The notes under the pieces were generated by a model. The model saw nothing but the letters and a program-made list of their open reading frames with translations. It was not told where the DNA came from and made no database searches. A DNA stretch of 64,000 nucleotides, taken from assembly GCA_039588295.1 (NCBI GenBank), contig JBDHAB010000019.1, forward strand, positions 1 to 64,000. Direction: 5' to 3'. The position numbers and the translations under genes were made by a program. Shown one piece after another: positions 39,400-49,297 of the stretch. How positions within the stretch are numbered: position 1 is the stretch's first letter; every line of letters begins with the position of its first letter. This stretch comes from Gemmatimonadota bacterium (GTDB taxonomy: Bacteria; Gemmatimonadota; Gemmatimonadetes; Gemmatimonadales; GWC2-71-9).

Positions 39400-39456
39400 C
39401 GGATTACTCCGCTTGCGGTCGCCGCCGGGTTCCCGAGGTCGCTCAGCGTCGCTCGG

Positions 39457-39900
39457 TCAAGTGCGGTCGTCGAAGGCCGCGAGATATGGCTGGTCCCAGG
39501 CGATGTCGAAGCGCTGGCAGCAGTCGTCGCAGCGCATCGCCTGCGGCCGCCCGATCGGGAGTTGCCGGTAGCGGCAGCTGGGGCACACCGCATAGCCCTT
39601 GGCCCAACGGGCCGGTATCACGGCCGAGTTGCGGGCACGTGACACGATGGTCCATTGGGCCGGCCGAGTGGCAACGAGCTCCAAGTGGCGGAGCGGTAAG
39701 GACCGCGGCTTTCCGTGCACGTCGAGCAAGACCTCTGTACGTCCCAGCGCCACGGTCCGGTACCACGCGCCTCGGCGCAGGCCGCAGTCGACATCCTCGC
39801 GCAGACGCGCCCATTGTGCGACGGGCAAAGCCTCAGTCTCCAGTCGAGAACAACTTCCAATTGAGCCGGTGGTGGACGGTAAGGCGGTGGGATACGTCAC
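39457..39900 (-). CDS. Hypothetical protein with C-terminal zinc finger
   Basis: GLRRGAWY...YAVCPSC...RCDDC; start uncertain. Confidence 0.65.
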   Translation of the reverse strand: MTYPTALPSTTGSIGSCSRLETEALPVAQWARLREDVDCGLRRGAWYRTVALGRTEVLLDVHGKPRSLPLRHLELVATRPAQWTIVSRARNSAVIPARWAKGYAVCPSCRYRQLPIGRPQAMRCDDCCQRFDIAWDQPYLAAFDDRT

Positions 39901-39936
39901 ACAATACGTGGAACGCGCACCCCTCGCTGCCGCCGC

Positions 39937-39975
39937 CGAGCGTTGCCAGAGACGAGCGTTGCCAGAGACGAGCGT
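39937..39975. repeat. 16-bp tandem repeat CGAGCGTTGCCAGAGA, about 2.4 copies
   Basis: Copies at 39937 and 39953, partial copy at 39969. Confidence 0.9.
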
Positions 39976-39991
39976 GTGCGCAGGAATTGTC

Positions 39992-40071
39992 AGGAGGGCG
40001 AAAGCGAAGCAGGCGGATAGTCACTCAGGCAAACGGTATTGAAGGCTTCCGTGTCGGCCTTTCGCCCTCCT
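39992..40071. repeat. Perfect 13-bp inverted repeat enclosing 54 nt
   Basis: AGGAGGGCGAAAG (39992-40004) / CTTTCGCCCTCCT (40059-40071). Confidence 0.85.
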
Positions 40072-40368
40072 CACTCAACGAGTGATGCAAGAGCCACGCC
40101 AAAGTGGCGTCCTCTGAGGTGTCAGCGTCGATGCTCGTGGTTGCGAATCTCGGTGGGAAGCACGGTGCCCCGACCGAGATACTTGGATATCACCCGTCCG
40201 TGGGGCTCCAAACGCGGTGTTCTGTCTGGAACGTGGGAATCCTTGACGTGAAGCCAAGGACGCCGAGGCACCGCACCTGTACGACCCCCACGCCACCGTA
40301 GAGTTCCCGCCGGAATGACCGCGACCTCCTCGCCTCGACCCCACGGTCGGACTAGCTTGCGGTGAGCC

Positions 40369-41037
40369 ATGCGCGACCCATCAAATCGCCTCAGGACCAG
40401 TCTCTTTGTGGCCATCGTCGTCAGCGGGTCCGCGGTCACCGTGAGCGCCGCATCCGCCCAGCGCGAGGTGCACGGCACGATCCTCACGTCGCCTGTCATG
40501 CCGGTTGCGCGTCTTGCGCTCGACTCGACGCTGTCGTACGTCGGGACCCAAACCGTCATGCTGTCGCCCACCACGCGGGCGGAGCAACACTTCTTCGTCG
40601 AATCCGACCGCGGTCGGGTCAAGCGGCTCTATTGGGTCCAGTTCGAAGGGAAGCTGGAGGGCCGAGGCCGGCCCTACGACTATTCGAACGATCCCACGAT
40701 CGAATTCGCCGGACAGGTGTTTCACACGAACCACCGGTTCTATCCCACGAGCGGATTCGCCGGGCGTGCCGGATCGGACGGAGACCACGCGCAGCAGCTC
40801 CTGGAGCGAGCGGGGTTGACCCTCGGCACCGACCTGATGCGGGTTCGGCTTGTCTGGTTACTGGACGACCCACCACGGAACGAGCTGATGATCATCTACC
40901 TCGAAGATTTGGCCGATCACGGGCTCACCGTGGTCGACCTGAGGAAGGAGCCGGAGCGTTGGGCGGACGTTGCGACAGGCCTCCGGCGGCGTGCGTTACA
41001 CGGCATGCGACTCGTTGCCACGCAACGTCGGCGGTAA
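40369..41037 (+). CDS. Secreted hypothetical protein
   Basis: Signal peptide ending ASA-Q; globular 222-aa ORF. Confidence 0.7.
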   Translation: MRDPSNRLRTSLFVAIVVSGSAVTVSAASAQREVHGTILTSPVMPVARLALDSTLSYVGTQTVMLSPTTRAEQHFFVESDRGRVKRLYWVQFEGKLEGRGRPYDYSNDPTIEFAGQVFHTNHRFYPTSGFAGRAGSDGDHAQQLLERAGLTLGTDLMRVRLVWLLDDPPRNELMIIYLEDLADHGLTVVDLRKEPERWADVATGLRRRALHGMRLVATQRRR

Positions 41038-41052
41038 CCGGACTCCGCACGG

Positions 41053-41370
41053 ATGGTTGGCCTCATCGTGGCTATCGGTTTTGCCGTGCTGTTCCATCGC
41101 ATGGCGGCGTATGAACGCTTGTCTCCGTGGATGTGGGCCGCGGCCAGCTTCGCGCTTTCAATGGTCGTCCTGCTCGTCATGGGCTTCGCACCGGTCCTCT
41201 TCGCACAGGTGGCCCTGTACGGAGTGATGTGGTGGTACAACGCACGGAAGGGCGGCAGACGCGAGCAGGATTGGGCGGCGAGGCGCGAGGAGCAACATCA
41301 CATCGAAGAGGAGCGGTGGCGCCGCGCGCAAGAGGAAATCCAGCGCGATCGCAAGCGACGCGAACGGTGA
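41053..41370 (+). CDS. Small membrane protein with charged C-terminal tail
   Basis: About three hydrophobic segments, then an R/E-rich helix. Confidence 0.7.
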   Translation: MVGLIVAIGFAVLFHRMAAYERLSPWMWAAASFALSMVVLLVMGFAPVLFAQVALYGVMWWYNARKGGRREQDWAARREEQHHIEEERWRRAQEEIQRDRKRRER

Positions 41371-41595
41371 GCTTCGCCGGTCCGCGGACCGGCACACAAC
41401 CGTTCAGAATTCGCCGGTAATCCGACGCCGCTCCCGCGAGAATCTCGCAGCTACCGACCCACGTACTACCCCCTGTTGTGATAGTCGTCACGGTACCGGC
41501 TCCGATCGCGCCGTAGCGTGAACGGAATGCGTCGAGCCCGGCGCGGGCGGCGGACAACAGGTCGGCCGCTTCCGACACCACGGGAGGAACGACTG

Positions 41596-42246
41596 ATGCA
41601 CATCGCACTGCGCACCAAGCGGGTGGTGGTGGCCACGGCGACGTTGACCCTGCTCGCCGCGCCCGCCTTGCACGCCCAGGGGGTCTCAATCGCGCCGTCC
41701 ATCGGCATCTACGCGCCGACGACCGACTTGGTGAACAGCTTGATCAGCGGCGGTAGCACCATTGCCTTCAAGCAGAAGGTCGGACTCGCGCTCGGTGGTC
41801 GTGTTGGCCTCTGGTTCAGTCCCCGGATCGGCGTCACGGCGACGGGTTCGTATGTCCCGAGCAAGCTGCAGGCGACGATTACCGAGACCGGGATCTCGCA
41901 AGACGCGGCGAGCAACACCACCCTTTGGTTCGGCACCGGGCGGCTCAACGTCTGGCTGCTGCCGCCGTCGAGCATTCTGTCGATTGGCGTGAACGGCGGC
42001 GTCGGCGTTGTGGGCCGCGGCGCGACGACTGTGACCGATGACAACGGCACGACCTATACCGACCAGTCGAGAAACGACATCGGCGGCGTCGTAGGCGGCA
42101 CCGTCGGCCTCAATCTCGGCGTCATCGGTGTGTTCGTGTCGGTGGACGACTACATCTACAATCCAAGCGTGTTCGAACAGCTCGGTGTGAAGTCCCGGAC
42201 CCAGAACGACCTTCAGTTCTCGTTCGGGTTCGGCGGGAAGTTCTGA
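41596..42246 (+). CDS. Small outer-membrane beta-barrel protein
   Basis: GGGAGG RBS, signal peptide ending LHA-Q, alternating beta-strands, terminal F. Confidence 0.75.
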   Translation: MHIALRTKRVVVATATLTLLAAPALHAQGVSIAPSIGIYAPTTDLVNSLISGGSTIAFKQKVGLALGGRVGLWFSPRIGVTATGSYVPSKLQATITETGISQDAASNTTLWFGTGRLNVWLLPPSSILSIGVNGGVGVVGRGATTVTDDNGTTYTDQSRNDIGGVVGGTVGLNLGVIGVFVSVDDYIYNPSVFEQLGVKSRTQNDLQFSFGFGGKF

Positions 42247-42290
42247 GCGAGCGTTTGACGGCAGCCCGTGCTGCCGCGACCGTCAAACGA

Positions 42291-42324
42291 ACCAAACGCC
42301 CGGCCCGTAGGCCGGGCGTTTGGT
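42291..42324. terminator. Bidirectional intrinsic terminator between convergent genes
   Basis: ACCAAACGCCCGGCC-cgta-GGCCGGGCGTTTGGT, perfect 15-bp stem; a second hairpin lies at 42252-42289. Confidence 0.85.
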
Positions 42325-42331
42325 GTCTCGT

Positions 42332-43498
42332 TCAGCTCGTCCCTCCAGCTGCCTCACGCAACAGGTTTCGCGCGATCACCAATCGCTGGACCTGATTCGT
42401 CCCTTCGTAGATCTGGGTGATCTTCGCGTCCCGCATGAACTTCTCGATGGGGTAGTCCTTGCAGTATCCGTAGCCGCCGAACAGCTGGACGCAGTCCGTC
42501 GTCACCCGCATGGCCACGTCGGTTGCCATGAGCTTGCACATGGCGGAGATCTTGGTGATCTGCTTGTGCCCCGAGTCGATGGTTCTGGCGGCGGCATGCA
42601 CGAGCTGGCGAGCTGCCTCGACCTGGGTCGCCATATCCGCCAACATCCACTGGATGCCCTGGAAGGAACTGACCGGCTGGCCGAACTGCTGCCGCTCGTG
42701 CGTGTACTGCATCGCCAAATCGAGCGCGCCTTGCGCGAGTCCCACCGCCTGCGCCGCCACACCGGGACGGGCCCGGTCCAGGGTGATCATGGCGTGCTTG
42801 AAGCCGAGGCCCTCCCGCTCCCCCAGCAGGTGGTCGGCCGGGACGCGGCAATCCTCCAGATGGATCTCGACGACCGGTACGCAACGGATGCCCATCTTGT
42901 CCTCGTGCTTGCCCACGCGATAGCCGGGGGTCCCCTCCTCGACGACGAACGCCGAGATGCCGCGCGCACCCCGATCGGGATTGGTGACCGCAAAGATGGT
43001 GTTGAACGCCGCAACCGCGCCGCCGGTGTTCCACTTCTTCTCACCGTTCAACACGTACGTGTCGCCGTCCCGCGCCGCGCGAGTGGTCATCGAGCCGGCG
43101 TCCGATCCGGCCATCTTCTCCGACAGGCCGAACGCGATCAGCTTCTCCCCCGCCGCGATCGGAGGTAGCCAGCGCTCCTTTTGCTCATCGGTCCCACCCA
43201 CGAGAATCGGGAACGAGCCCAACGCGTTGACGGCGAAGCCGACACCCATACCGCCGCAGGCCCGGGAGAATTCCTCTACCACAATGCACAGGTCGAGCAC
43301 ACCGCCACCGAGGCCACCGTACTCGGGCGGAATCCAGACACCGGACAGTTCGGCCTCCTTGATCGCCTTCTGGACTTCCCAGGGATAGGTCTGCTCGACA
43401 TCGTACTTGGCGGCCACGGGGCGCATGACCGTTTCGGCAAGCTCCCGAGCGCGTTCTCGAAGTTCGATTTGCTGGGCGGTGTAGAGCTCTTTGATCAT
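42332..43498 (-). CDS. Acyl-CoA dehydrogenase
   Basis: FGLSEKMAGSDAG, LNGEKKW, EDKMGIR, RQQFGQPV, FGGYGY, RDAKITQIYEGTNQVQR. Confidence 0.96.
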   Translation of the reverse strand: MIKELYTAQQIELRERARELAETVMRPVAAKYDVEQTYPWEVQKAIKEAELSGVWIPPEYGGLGGGVLDLCIVVEEFSRACGGMGVGFAVNALGSFPILVGGTDEQKERWLPPIAAGEKLIAFGLSEKMAGSDAGSMTTRAARDGDTYVLNGEKKWNTGGAVAAFNTIFAVTNPDRGARGISAFVVEEGTPGYRVGKHEDKMGIRCVPVVEIHLEDCRVPADHLLGEREGLGFKHAMITLDRARPGVAAQAVGLAQGALDLAMQYTHERQQFGQPVSSFQGIQWMLADMATQVEAARQLVHAAARTIDSGHKQITKISAMCKLMATDVAMRVTTDCVQLFGGYGYCKDYPIEKFMRDAKITQIYEGTNQVQRLVIARNLLREAAGGTS

Positions 43499-43645
43499 CG
43501 TAACACTCGTCTTCGGGTTCGCAGTCTTGGTGGACCAGGGGTCGCCCTGGGATCGTACAATAGTACGGGGTGTGACGCTTCGTCGCCTGTCACCCGGGCC
43601 GGGAGAATGCGGGTCCCGCCTCCGACCGCAGGCCTCGACGCTGTG

Positions 43646-43837
43646 CTAGCCGATCTTGCCGTCGCGGTTGAGGTCCTCGCCAATCGCCTGTTCGAGTCGC
43701 AGCAACAGCGCCTGCAGCAACTCCTGCGTGTGACGGTGCTCGACTTCGAGTCGCGCAACGCGGTCGTCCAGTGACGCCGATCGATCTTGCTGTTTGCTGA
43801 TCTGATTCTGTTGGATCAAGTCCCAGAACAGGCCCAT
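43646..43837 (-). CDS. Small coiled-coil hypothetical protein (63 aa)
   Basis: GGAGG RBS; MGLFWDLIQQNQI...GEDLNRDGKIG. Confidence 0.7.
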   Translation of the reverse strand: MGLFWDLIQQNQISKQQDRSASLDDRVARLEVEHRHTQELLQALLLRLEQAIGEDLNRDGKIG

Positions 43838-44209
43838 GAGTTGACCTCCGGCCAAAGCGTGCAGTTCCTGTCGCAAAATATAGTCGGGGACTGACCGATG
43901 TCCGGCCGGGCAACGCCGCACACGTATGCCGAAGGCGTGTTGTGAGTCCGCAACGCAGAAATGGAGAAGTGTTGAGACGTCGCGCTAGCGGGTCGGCTAC
44001 ACTTTCAAGCAGCCGCGAGCGCACACATAGCCGCCGCCGAGCGCGGAGGACGTGCCCGGGGAGTATTTAGTGGTCAGGAGGGCGAAGACGATCATGGCGG
44101 ACAACCAGCCAAGCAAGGGTGAGAAGGGGTCGGTCCTCGTCTTCGCCCTCCTCGGCCAACAGAATATGCAAGAAGCCAGCCACCCTCCGGCGCGAGGAGG
44201 TCTGCCGGC

Positions 44210-44410
44210 TCATTCGTCGGTGGGAAGCCCGCTCGGGCCCGATGTGCCGGTGGCTCGGCTCGCCAGTTCGAGCACCATGTGCCAGGGAAGCGTCAGGACT
44301 TCGGGATGGTACTCCGTGACTTGTACCTCCAGACCTGCACGGCCATAGCGCACGCAGAATCCTTCGCGGGGAAACTCGATGGTACCTGATCTCGGAGTGC
44401 GGCGGTTCAT
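44210..44410 (-). CDS. Small hypothetical protein (66 aa), possibly coupled to a 48-aa ORF at 44067-44213
   Basis: GGAGG RBS; protein-like composition; ATGA overlap at 44210-44213. Confidence 0.45.
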   Translation of the reverse strand: MNRRTPRSGTIEFPREGFCVRYGRAGLEVQVTEYHPEVLTLPWHMVLELASRATGTSGPSGLPTDE

Positions 44411-44589
44411 GCAATGCCTCCACCGTGTGTCGTATCTGCAAGGTAGCCGCCGAAGTACGTCGCCGCCGTCTTAGGGTCCGAGGTCACCGATCCGCCACAC
44501 CGATGCTATCTCGCTGTGCCCCATGTATGTTTCAACGTTAGGGTATAGGGGTGGACCGGCGGGGCCAACCACCAAGAAGGAGCGAGATT

Positions 44590-45252
44590 ATGAAGCGTGC
44601 CGTAGCGATCGTTGCGCTCTCGGCCATGACCGTGGGCTTTGTTGGTTGCGCGTCCAAAGCGCAGACCGGGACACTCATTGGCGCGGGTGGTGGGGCGGTC
44701 GTCGGCGGGGTGATCGGCAAGGCCGCTGGCAACACGGCTGCCGGGGTAATCATCGGCGCGGCCGTCGGCGGGGCCGCCGGAGCGATCATCGGCGGGTACA
44801 TGGACCGTCAGGCAGCGGAGATGGAGCGAGATCTCGAGGGTGCCCGGATCGAGCGCATCGGCGAGGGCATCAAGGTCACGTTTGCAAGCGGTATTCTGTT
44901 TGACGTCGACAGGGCCGACCTCCGGCCCGAGGCGCAGGCGGATCTCGTCAAGCTCTCCCGCATCGTTAACAAGTACGAGGACACCAACATTCTGGTTGAG
45001 GGTCACACTGACGCGACTGGACCGGAGGACTACAACGACCAGCTGTCGGTGCGCCGCGGTGAATCGGTGGCCAATTACGTGGTGGCGCAGAACGTCGCCA
45101 GCCAGCGGCTGAGTGTCGTGGGCTACGGTGAGCGCCAACCGATTGCGACGAACGACTCACCTGATGGCCGGCAACAGAATCGTCGGGTTGAGATAGCCAT
45201 CTGGGCGAACGACAAGCTGAAGGAAACGGCCAGCAGGCAAGCGCAGCAGTAA
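44590..45252 (+). CDS. OmpA-family lipoprotein with glycine zipper
   Basis: Lipobox FVGC, GAxxGA zipper, ILFDVD, EGHTDATG, QNRRVEI. Confidence 0.95.
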   Translation: MKRAVAIVALSAMTVGFVGCASKAQTGTLIGAGGGAVVGGVIGKAAGNTAAGVIIGAAVGGAAGAIIGGYMDRQAAEMERDLEGARIERIGEGIKVTFASGILFDVDRADLRPEAQADLVKLSRIVNKYEDTNILVEGHTDATGPEDYNDQLSVRRGESVANYVVAQNVASQRLSVVGYGERQPIATNDSPDGRQQNRRVEIAIWANDKLKETASRQAQQ

Positions 45253-45296
45253 CGACCACGGCCACGTCGGCTTCGCCGACAAACCGTCGACGTTAC

Positions 45297-45331
45297 ACAG
45301 CCCCGCAGCTCGAGATCAGCTGCGGGGCTGT
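45297..45331. terminator. Intrinsic terminator between convergent genes
   Basis: ACAGCCCCGCAGCT-7 nt-AGCTGCGGGGCTGT, 14-bp stem. Confidence 0.8.
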
Positions 45332-45355
45332 TCGTATCCGACACGCCACTCTCCG

Positions 45356-45568
45356 TTACGTCGGGCGGCTTGCAGCGCAGGCGGTCGCCACGGCCGCGGT
45401 GGGGCAGATACACTGGCATTGATTCCACGCGGCATCAGTGCACTCCAACGTCCCGTCCTGATACACCGCTTCGGAGCGGCTGCAGGAGTACTCGCACTCG
45501 ACCCCGGAATCGAGGCATGTCGTGGTGATGATCACCAGGGCGATCAGCAGCGCTGTTCGGCGGAGCAT
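45356..45568 (-). CDS. Small Cys-rich exported peptide or lipoprotein (70 aa)
   Basis: Signal-like MLRRTALLIALVIITTTC; 8 Cys; GAGGG RBS. Confidence 0.5.
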   Translation of the reverse strand: MLRRTALLIALVIITTTCLDSGVECEYSCSRSEAVYQDGTLECTDAAWNQCQCICPTAAVATACAASRPT

Positions 45569-45778
45569 CGTTGGACCCTCACTGGCAAGGCCGATCTCAC
45601 CTGCTGTACAGCTTGGGCACGGTCGATCCTCGAGTCAAGCGATTCACGGTGCTCCGGTTGTTAGTTCGCAAGGGTCAAGAGACGGTCGCGGAGGTGCCGA
45701 GCCGTTGCGCATCTTGGCAACCCCCCCATCCGGTGCGGTACATTTAGCTGGAGCCGAACCATGTGGTGGGAGGAACCG

Positions 45779-46192
45779 ATGGCCTACAAGATTCGCCGAG
45801 CCGAGTACTTCTATACCACGGTCCAGGATCAGCCAGGCGAGGGGTACGGCCTGCTATCCCAGCTCGCTGGCCTCGGAGTCAATCTGCTAGCCTTCACCGG
45901 CGTCCCCGTCGGTCCGATGCGGACACAGCTCACGCTGTTTCCGGAGGCCCCCTCGAAACTCGTTGCCGCCGCGGATAAGGCCGGCCTTTCGCTGGACGGG
46001 CCTCACCCCGCGCTGCTCGTGCAGGGCGACGACGAGCTCGGAGCATTGGCCCGTATCCACGAACAACTGGCGGACGCGGGCGTCAACGTCTACGCATCGA
46101 GCGGAGTGACCGATGGGCGTGGCAGCTTCGGCTACGTCCTGTACGTACGCCCCGACAAGTACAACCAGGCGGTCGCCGCAATGGACGTGTAG
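45779..46192 (+). CDS. Tandem ACT-domain protein
   Basis: DQPGEGYGLLSQLAGLGVNL and DELGALARIHEQLADAGVNV. Confidence 0.85.
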   Translation: MAYKIRRAEYFYTTVQDQPGEGYGLLSQLAGLGVNLLAFTGVPVGPMRTQLTLFPEAPSKLVAAADKAGLSLDGPHPALLVQGDDELGALARIHEQLADAGVNVYASSGVTDGRGSFGYVLYVRPDKYNQAVAAMDV

Positions 46193-46273
46193 CCGTGAGA
46201 CCCGAAGCGCCCGGCGAGAATGCGGAGCGCTTCGGTGTCGCTCGTTAGATCTTCTTCGAGGTGGAGCCGTGCC

Positions 46274-48451
46274 CTAACGGCGAGTGGCGTCTGCCTCTTC
46301 CTCCGTTTGGTACAGCTGCTGCGTTGTCAATTCCAGCACGATGCGATCGGCATCGTAGACATGGTCCATGGCGGCTTGGATCGCGCGGACGTCGACCATG
46401 ATATTCCGTCCCTGTTCCGGCAGATAGATGAAATCCCGGGACAGGCCCTGGATGTTGCGGTCGAAGTTGAGGCCGACGAGTTCCAACTCGGGCGTCACCG
46501 CCGGGGAGCCTGAGTTCCCGCCGTAGGTATCCGCGGTAGAGACGAAGTTGAGCGGCGTCGCGAGATCCAATCCCTGAGGGGGCATCTGCCAGCGCGTTGG
46601 CAGCTCCCAATCCCCACCCGACCCGTGACTCCGGGCACGGTCATAGAGGCCGTAGAACGTCGTGTACGCCGGTGCGAGCGTCCCGTTGTACTCGTATGGC
46701 TTGACGACGCCGTCGGTGATGCGAGGTGATCGGCTGGCATCTGGCGGCACGCTGGCACCGTACACGTCGAATCGGGCACGGCCCAGCTCGGCAGCAAGCT
46801 CCCGCTCCTGCGCCGAGAGCCTCCCCGCCTCGGCCTGGTACTTGCCAAACACGGGTTGCAGGGCGGCCGCGAGTCGTAGCGCCGGATCGGACATGCCGAG
46901 CGCATCGCTTTCGACGGCGTGGGCGGTACCTTCGGCACTGCCGAGTACCGAGTTCGCGATGAGTACTTGGGCGGCGTCCCACGGTGATCGGCCGTTGAGC
47001 GCGGTGACCGTGACGGGATGGTCGGCGCCGAGGTGACGCTCGAGGTCCATGAATCGCTCGGCGAGCAGGCGGTGCTCCAGCTCCGCCGGGTGATCGCTGA
47101 TGCCGAGGAGCGTCCTCCGGAGTCCGGAGACGGTCGTGGCGCCCGACTCCCGGGCCGCGAGGTACGCCAGCGCCTCCATGCCACGCCGCAACGTTGCGGA
47201 CGAGAACGTCGACTGCAACGCGAAGAACGCGGCGTACTGTGCACCAAGCGACCGCTTCTGTCTCTGGATCTCGGTGATGCGATCGAACACGTCACCGTAG
47301 CGGCCGCGTAGCTCCGCGCGCGATTGGATCCCCTCTCGCAAGAGCCGCTCCGCATCTCGGCGTTTGGCCACGATGACCGGGGTGTTCAACGCCTGCAGCC
47401 TCCCGGTCGATGCCTTGAGTGAGTTGGACAGTCCGAACATCCGGTTGCGGAACCCGAGCGCCTCCGCGCGTTCCGGATGGGCCGCACGAAAGTCGCCGAG
47501 TGCATCGAGGCGGCTGCTCAGGAAGTGCACGGCCGCGGGAACCTGCACGTCGCGCTGATACTCGAGTTGCGCGACGGTGGCAAGACGGTTGGTTGGTCCG
47601 GGATTGCCGATCACGAACACCACATCGTCCTCTTCGACCCCCTCCTCGCTCCAACCGAAATAGTGATCGGTCTGGAACGGTTCGCCGGCGCGGTCGTAGA
47701 CGCGGAGAAAGGCGAAGTCCAGGGCATACCGGGGGTACGTGAAATTGTCCGGATCGCCCCCGAAAAACCCCATTTGGAGCTCTGCGGCTGCTACCAGTCG
47801 GATGTCTGTGAAGCGGCGGAACACGTAGGCGGAATACCGTCCGCCGTTGTACAGGCCAATCACCTGCACGATCACCGAGTCGCCGAGATCGGCGTGACGC
47901 TGGCGCGCCCGGTCCGTGATCCGTTCGATGACCTGGCTCCGCGCCTGGTCGCGCTCGGCGTCGCTCGTCGCACGATCCAGCGCCGCAAAGACCTCGTTGG
48001 ACACGTCCTCGATGGCAATGAGTTGATCCGCCCGATACCCGGGAATGCGGCGCTCCTCCTCCAACGACGTTGCGTAGAACCCGTCATCCAGGAGGCCCTC
48101 GCCCTCGCGAGTCACACGAGCCACAACGCCGCGCACACAGTGGTGGTTGGTGGCCAGCAGTCCATGCGGTGAGACGAACGAGGCGGAACAGCCGGGAATT
48201 CTCAGCGCCGCGAGCCGCGCGCGCTCGAACCAGGCGTCGTTCGCGTCGAATCCGTAGGTCTCCGTGAAATACTCGGAGGGGGCATACTCGAACGTCCACA
48301 TCTTCCCGTTGTCGAACCGGCCGGCCCGAGCCGTGTCGAGCTCGAACTGGGCGAAGAGGGGGTTGGCAGACGCCGCCGCCGCCGCCAGCGAGACTGCCAG
48401 GCAGAGGGTGCGAGGCGAAACCGTGAAGTACCGATGCGTTGTGGGTCTCAT
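46274..48451 (-). CDS. S46 family dipeptidyl peptidase
   Basis: GKMWTF, GCSASFVS, TNHHC, FGGDPDNFTYPR, catalytic GGNSGSP, GLNFDRN. Confidence 0.93.
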   Translation of the reverse strand: MRPTTHRYFTVSPRTLCLAVSLAAAAASANPLFAQFELDTARAGRFDNGKMWTFEYAPSEYFTETYGFDANDAWFERARLAALRIPGCSASFVSPHGLLATNHHCVRGVVARVTREGEGLLDDGFYATSLEEERRIPGYRADQLIAIEDVSNEVFAALDRATSDAERDQARSQVIERITDRARQRHADLGDSVIVQVIGLYNGGRYSAYVFRRFTDIRLVAAAELQMGFFGGDPDNFTYPRYALDFAFLRVYDRAGEPFQTDHYFGWSEEGVEEDDVVFVIGNPGPTNRLATVAQLEYQRDVQVPAAVHFLSSRLDALGDFRAAHPERAEALGFRNRMFGLSNSLKASTGRLQALNTPVIVAKRRDAERLLREGIQSRAELRGRYGDVFDRITEIQRQKRSLGAQYAAFFALQSTFSSATLRRGMEALAYLAARESGATTVSGLRRTLLGISDHPAELEHRLLAERFMDLERHLGADHPVTVTALNGRSPWDAAQVLIANSVLGSAEGTAHAVESDALGMSDPALRLAAALQPVFGKYQAEAGRLSAQERELAAELGRARFDVYGASVPPDASRSPRITDGVVKPYEYNGTLAPAYTTFYGLYDRARSHGSGGDWELPTRWQMPPQGLDLATPLNFVSTADTYGGNSGSPAVTPELELVGLNFDRNIQGLSRDFIYLPEQGRNIMVDVRAIQAAMDHVYDADRIVLELTTQQLYQTEEEADATRR

Positions 48452-48853
48452 GCGTCTTCTCCGAGCGCAGGCCGGGACGTTGGCAGTGAAATCGGTGTGA
48501 AAGATACTCAGGCAGCCACGGAGGTGACGGGCTCCTGCCGAGCGTCGCGGCCAGCCGATCGAGCTATCGCAACACGGATCGCCGTGGCATCTTAAGTACT
48601 GCAACGTACGCTCTTCGAGCTGAGCCGTAGCCGACAACCTCTCGATCGTGACCACCGTGCTGATCGACGAATCTGAACAACACCGTCCACCGCGCGTACG
48701 GGGATTTGCCCAACAGTGCGTACATCATCGCGCGGGTTTGCACCATTGTACCCAAGGACCTTTGCGCGGACTCAACCGACTGGCGTTGAATCCTATGAAC
48801 GGCTCTCGAAGGGCGGCCATGGCGGTGAGCTGGCTGCGGAAGGCTCGATAAGC

Positions 48854-49297
48854 GTGTCGTCGCATCAACCCAGGCTCTCCGCCCGCGCCCGGGCACAGCT
48901 CGGTGTGCTCCAGGAAGCGCGACATAAGCTGGATCGCATGCGGGCGCTCGTGGAGCAGGCCAAGGCAAGAAAGTCCGGCGTCTTTCGACACGGCGGCGGG
49001 TCGTCGAGCTCCGCCGATCGGGTCGCCCAGACCCTGCTTGCGCAGGTTGGCCGCACGGCGCTCGACGTCGGCAAGCTCTTGGAGGAGCGCGGGTACAAGG
49101 GTCTCTCCGAGCAGCTGATTGAGTTCCAGCAGCTGGCGCGGCGCAAGGGGAACGTGCCGCTCTCCACCTACCACCGCATGCGTGAGATTGTGAACGCGGT
49201 CCACGGCAGCATCGATGTGGCGGAGCGAGAGATCAACCAGGAACGCTGGTCCCAGGTCGACGTCGAGCGCCCGCCGGAAGGAAGCAGTGAGGGCTAG
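48854..49297 (+). CDS. Helical hypothetical protein
   Basis: Amphipathic helices; start uncertain (GTG 48854). Confidence 0.6.
   Translation: MSSHQPRLSARARAQLGVLQEARHKLDRMRALVEQAKARKSGVFRHGGGSSSSADRVAQTLLAQVGRTALDVGKLLEERGYKGLSEQLIEFQQLARRKGNVPLSTYHRMREIVNAVHGSIDVAEREINQERWSQVDVERPPEGSSEG

Noticed and set aside
39937..39975. CRISPR-like repeat
   Set aside because: Direct tandem copies with no spacers; no cas genes in the window.
40021..40070. c-di-GMP-I riboswitch (GGCAAAC seed)
   Set aside because: Lacks the GAAA-capped stem and the following GACGCAAA element.
44590..45252. OmpA lipoprotein as the T6SS peptidoglycan anchor (TagL/TagN)
   Set aside because: More than 5 kb beyond the cluster behind unrelated genes; a common standalone family.
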